64,000 nucleotides of DNA from Saccostrea echinata. Lineage: Eukaryota. Below, piece by piece: positions 61,001-64,000 of this stretch. Each line of letters opens with the position of its first letter. Position 1 is the stretch's first letter. The notes under the pieces are model-generated. The model ran no database searches. It was not told the DNA's origin and saw only the letters and a list, made by a program, of their open reading frames with translations. The stretch spans positions 68,634,001 to 68,698,000 of the forward strand of contig NW_026889803.1 in NCBI RefSeq assembly GCF_033153115.1. Direction: 5' to 3'. The translations under genes were made by a program, and so were the position numbers.

Positions 61001-62131
61001 AACACACCTCTATAGGATTTTCAGCTTGTCATAATACATGTATGATGTATCTCTATACTCAGTGTGCATAATATAAACTAATATAAACATTTCTATACTC
61101 TGTGTGCTGTAATAATATGATGAATCTCTATACCCTCTAAATAATAAGAACATCTCTATACTCAGTAGGGCTGCACAATAATATCAATATTCCAGTATAT
61201 TGTGATTCATTAACAAAAATTTCGTATTGCAATATGTTTTTCTAGTCCCGATATACCGGCAAACTGCTTGGGCTTTAGATTTCATAAATAAAATACAAAA
61301 TTTAATATGTTAAGAATGTTTCAATCGTACCAAACAGTACCAGATTGTAAGGTTGCTGTTGTATGGTTGCATTTTGTTCCAAAACTGTACTGAAATCAAG
61401 AAAAACTGTTTTGTAATACACTCTGCATATAGATGGAGATTAAAAAATAGGAAAAAGAGCAATTTAACTGTCATTTAAAATATTGCAATACATATCACGA
61501 TACACTTCAAAATATCGCAATACGAAATTTCCAGCCGATACCCAACCCTAAAACTCTGTGTGTGCTGGTATATAAAACATCTGTAATACTCAGTGTACTG
61601 TAACTGTACAACACATCTCTATAGTCTGTATGCTGTAATAATGTCACATCTCTATTTTTTATGCCCTGTACATGTGTTGACTATACAGTTACTATATATC
61701 CCTATAATCTAGTATATACTGGTGTAGTGATGATAATCTTACAATGATTAAAATCTCCAGTCCTGTGGCCCATGTTGTGTAGATTTTTCTGTACGGTGGA
61801 TCGATGCTGGCAGAGAGGGAGGGAGATTCAGATAGAAGGTCTTCCCTCTCGCTATCCTGAACACTACCATGGTCATGGAAAAAATAGCCCTAAAAAGGTA
61901 AAGACTAAAAACTAGTGTCAGAGAATCTATAGTTCACTAATCATTCTATAAACAGTCCTACAATAGCAGTGTAAGGCTTTTGGTCTTAAGCCTTTTTCTT
62001 ACTGTCTCAAGTGTTTAGCCTTCATGTGAATTCTGTATATCTCCTAGTTTCGAACGTTATATATAAGATAAAATAAATATAAAATAGTAAAATACCCCAG
62101 TTTGACGCGAATCCGTTCCCAAACTGACCAT
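55090..62131 (-). CDS. TMEM192: Transmembrane protein 192 (lysosomal membrane protein)
   Basis: Exons 62096-62131, 61743-61889, 60512-60743, 60035-60169, 59523-59628, 55090-55225. Four hydrophobic segments, the motif HNKNRKLGYLEFYRKTRHIRRAPL, and a C-terminal coiled coil LERQADMIRYLKQHNSQLAKRLLALT. Confidence 0.88.
55450..55556. repeat. About 38-bp tandem triplication
   Basis: Unit agctaccaactagagtactctataggttttccatagta. Confidence 0.85.
55658..58607. mobile_element. 2.95-kb foldback DNA element with about 540-bp inverted arms, CAGG termini and 5-bp TSD
   Basis: caggttggggg...cccccaacctg; arm 55658-about 56200 is the reverse complement of about 58040-58607; TSD ttcaa at 55653-55657 and 58608-58612; no long ORF. 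Confidence 0.88.
56615..57151. mobile_element. PIF/Harbinger-type MITE nested in the foldback element
   Basis: TIR tgccctgttcacacggagagtttaattcg / cgaattaaactctccatgtgaacagggca; TAA TSD at 56612-56614 and 57152-57154; internal taatgcgaa/aattcg subrepeats. Confidence 0.88.
59221..59400. mobile_element. Degenerate Tc1/mariner-type MITE
   Basis: cagtcgaacttcattatctcaaac ... gtttgagataacaaagttttactg(ta). Confidence 0.6.
59432..59560 (-). repeat. 76-bp duplication of a TMEM192 exon end plus donor (59523/59522)
   Basis: ttgatgtatacttac|ttgaatcctatttcgga(t/g)gtga at 59432 and 59508. Confidence 0.9.
60720..60778 (-). repeat. 31-bp duplication of a TMEM192 acceptor plus exon start (60743/60744)
   Basis: acacatacttctactataat|ctgt occurs twice. 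Confidence 0.9.
61166..61550. mobile_element. hAT-type MITE inserted in a degenerate about 37-bp minisatellite (about 60975-61650)
   Basis: tagggctg ... caacccta termini, subterminal gcaata(c/t)/gata repeats, and an imperfect 8-bp TSD atactcag/aaactctg. Confidence 0.6.
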
Positions 62132-62778
62132 GGTTCAAACCAGATATGAAATATATGGTCTAGTACAAAGAAACTTACAACAAAACAGTCTTAATTCCGG
62201 ATAGCGAAGATATTGATAAGCTAAATTCTGTTCTTGTTTTCAAAGAGCAAAATATTAGAATAGTATCAGAAATATAACTCTTTTATTTATGACTTTGATA
62301 ATATATTATAAAACAACGCCTTTATTAATCTTTTTTAACCTTTTCAAATCATTTTAAATATATAATCGGGTTCGAACTCCTACTTTCATTTTTGAGCATG
62401 TTCCCCTAAACACGCATTGACCGTTTGACGACGCGACGACAGTACATAGGTTGTTTATAGGTTGCACAAACGCGTAAAACAGACCTTAATTTTGTTGTAA
62501 AAGTCAGGTATGTATTTAATAATAGCACAGGATTTCACAATCTAATAGCATAAACCGTGTTCTGATGATTAGAACTATGGCCATCTTAATCTCAGCGAGA
62601 TTCGTCGAGTCTAAAAAAATTGACTGGAAGTCTCTTCGAAGAGGGCTAACGTTCTCAGGCTTCTACAACTTAAAATTCTCTGCAATACAATATCAACATG
62701 TTTATCAACCACAGCGTATTAACAATAATGAGGTGGGGCAATGTCAGTAAATAAGAACATTGCTATACCTCTTTACTA

Positions 62779-62830
62779 TTGATTGATGGTTTATCGCCGA
62801 GTCGGCAATATTTCAGCCATATTTCGGCGG
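62779..62830 (-). mobile_element. 52-bp 5'-truncated retroposon (SINE/LINE 3' end) with 12-bp TSD
   Basis: acctctttacta at 62767-62778 and 62831-62842 flanks the insert; the minus-strand 3' end is a (tcaa)n-type tail. Confidence 0.7.
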
Positions 62831-63459
62831 ACCTCTTTACTAAAAATTGCACAGGGTAGATTGGAAGATTTCATTTATTGAATTTAATGAATTTAAAAAA
62901 GAAACAATTCATAAGTTTTAAAGAAAACATGTATTCAGATTTCAAATGGCAAGTAAAAGGTGGTGATACAATAAAGAGCACTACTTGTGCTTCTGTAGAT
63001 TAAAAGAGCACTTTGTTCGTGTTAATACTAGCAGTGGCAGCCTGCTCTGAAACTTTCTCCATCACAACTTTCTCCCTTGTGTGTGTCAAACTATTAAAAT
63101 AAGGTCGAACCCAAACCCAATTATAAAAAAACGTACCGAACCGAAAATCAAGATAATGAATCGAACATTGAACTGAGCAGTAATATTGAACAATATTGAT
63201 ATTTCGGTGAATCGTTTCAGCCCTACAATCTACAAATATACATGAGTACACATCTATATATACACACCATGGCTCCTTCTTTTGAGTAGTTTATGCATTT
63301 TATAAGAAATGTCAAAAAGCAGCTATATGAACATGCTATTTTTTTTTTTACTGAATATTCATTAAAAAACTTCATGAGTATTAACCATTTTAATAAATGT
63401 TGTGCATAGAAGCATTGGCCTCCTAAGCTTACGCTATAGTTTCTGTAGAAAACAACAAC

Positions 63460-63690
63460 ATGGATGAAACAGACCCAAGAGCAGAAATTATTCAGCGCCA
63501 CAAGCAAGAAAAGAAAGAATTACAGAACCAGATTACTAAGCTTAAACATAGCATATCCAAGGGAGACAAGAAAGGAAAGAAAGCTATTCAGGAGCAGACA
63601 ACTCAGATGGAGAAAGATCTAAAAGAGAAACATGACAAAGAGTTAAAGGAATTTGATGGAAATGAGAACTCCCAGACAGATTCAGACCAG
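63460..63690 (+). CDS. OTUD6B: Deubiquitinase OTUD6B, first coding exon (gene continues beyond the window)
   Basis: MDETDPRAEIIQRHKQEKKELQNQITKLKHSISKGDKKGKK...MEKDLKEKHDKEL matches the OTUD6B/Otu2 N-terminal coiled coil. Acceptor at 63448, donor at 63691, possible 5' UTR exon ending at 62507. The OTU domain is not in the window. Confidence 0.8.
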
Positions 63691-64000
63691 GTAATACATA
63701 TATAGACTCCGAGACAGATTCAGACAAGGTAATACATATATAGACAGACAGACAGACAAGGTAATACATATAAAGACAGACAGACAAGGTAATACATATA
63801 TAGACAGACAGACAAGGTAATACATATATAGACTCCCAGAGAGACAAGGTAATACATATATGGACAGACAGGCAGACAAGGTAATACATATATAGACTCC
63901 CAGAGAGACAAGGTAATACATATATGGACAGACAGACAGACAAGGTAATACAAATATAGACTCCCAGACAGACAGACAAGGTAATACATATATAGACAGA
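63668..64000 (+). repeat. 28-38-bp array (at least 10 copies) of the OTUD6B exon end plus donor, running off the window
   Basis: actcccagacagattcagaccag|gtaatacatatatag, with later copies eroding to (caga)n-caag|gtaatacatata. Confidence 0.92.

Overview
AT-rich, intron-dense animal genomic DNA. The repeat families resemble those of bivalves/oysters, which is an inference from recalled repeat sequences. Six spliced protein-coding genes were reconstructed by hand from GT-AG junctions. In order: PRPF8 (+, 42 exons in window, 5' end off-window); an unnamed 259-aa secreted, Cys-rich, probably GPI-anchored protein (-); BOP1 (-); inositol monophosphatase IMPA (+); TMEM192 (-); and the first coding exon of OTUD6B (+). 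A U43/SNORD43-like box C/D snoRNA sits in a PRPF8 intron. The dominant unexplained pattern is about 30 tandem duplications or arrays whose unit straddles a real exon-intron junction (exon end plus GT donor, or AG acceptor plus exon start). They are amplified 2 to about 50 times into the intron, occur in all six genes and on both strands, and create runs of near-identical decoy splice sites. In IMPA the 84-bp unit keeps the reading frame. Introns also carry a tRNA-LTR miniature retrotransposon (TRIM), two CAGG-ended foldback elements with 5-bp TSDs, a 9-bp-TSD element, nested MITEs, Helentron-like elements, a LINE remnant and minisatellites. There is one assembly gap (29019-29186).
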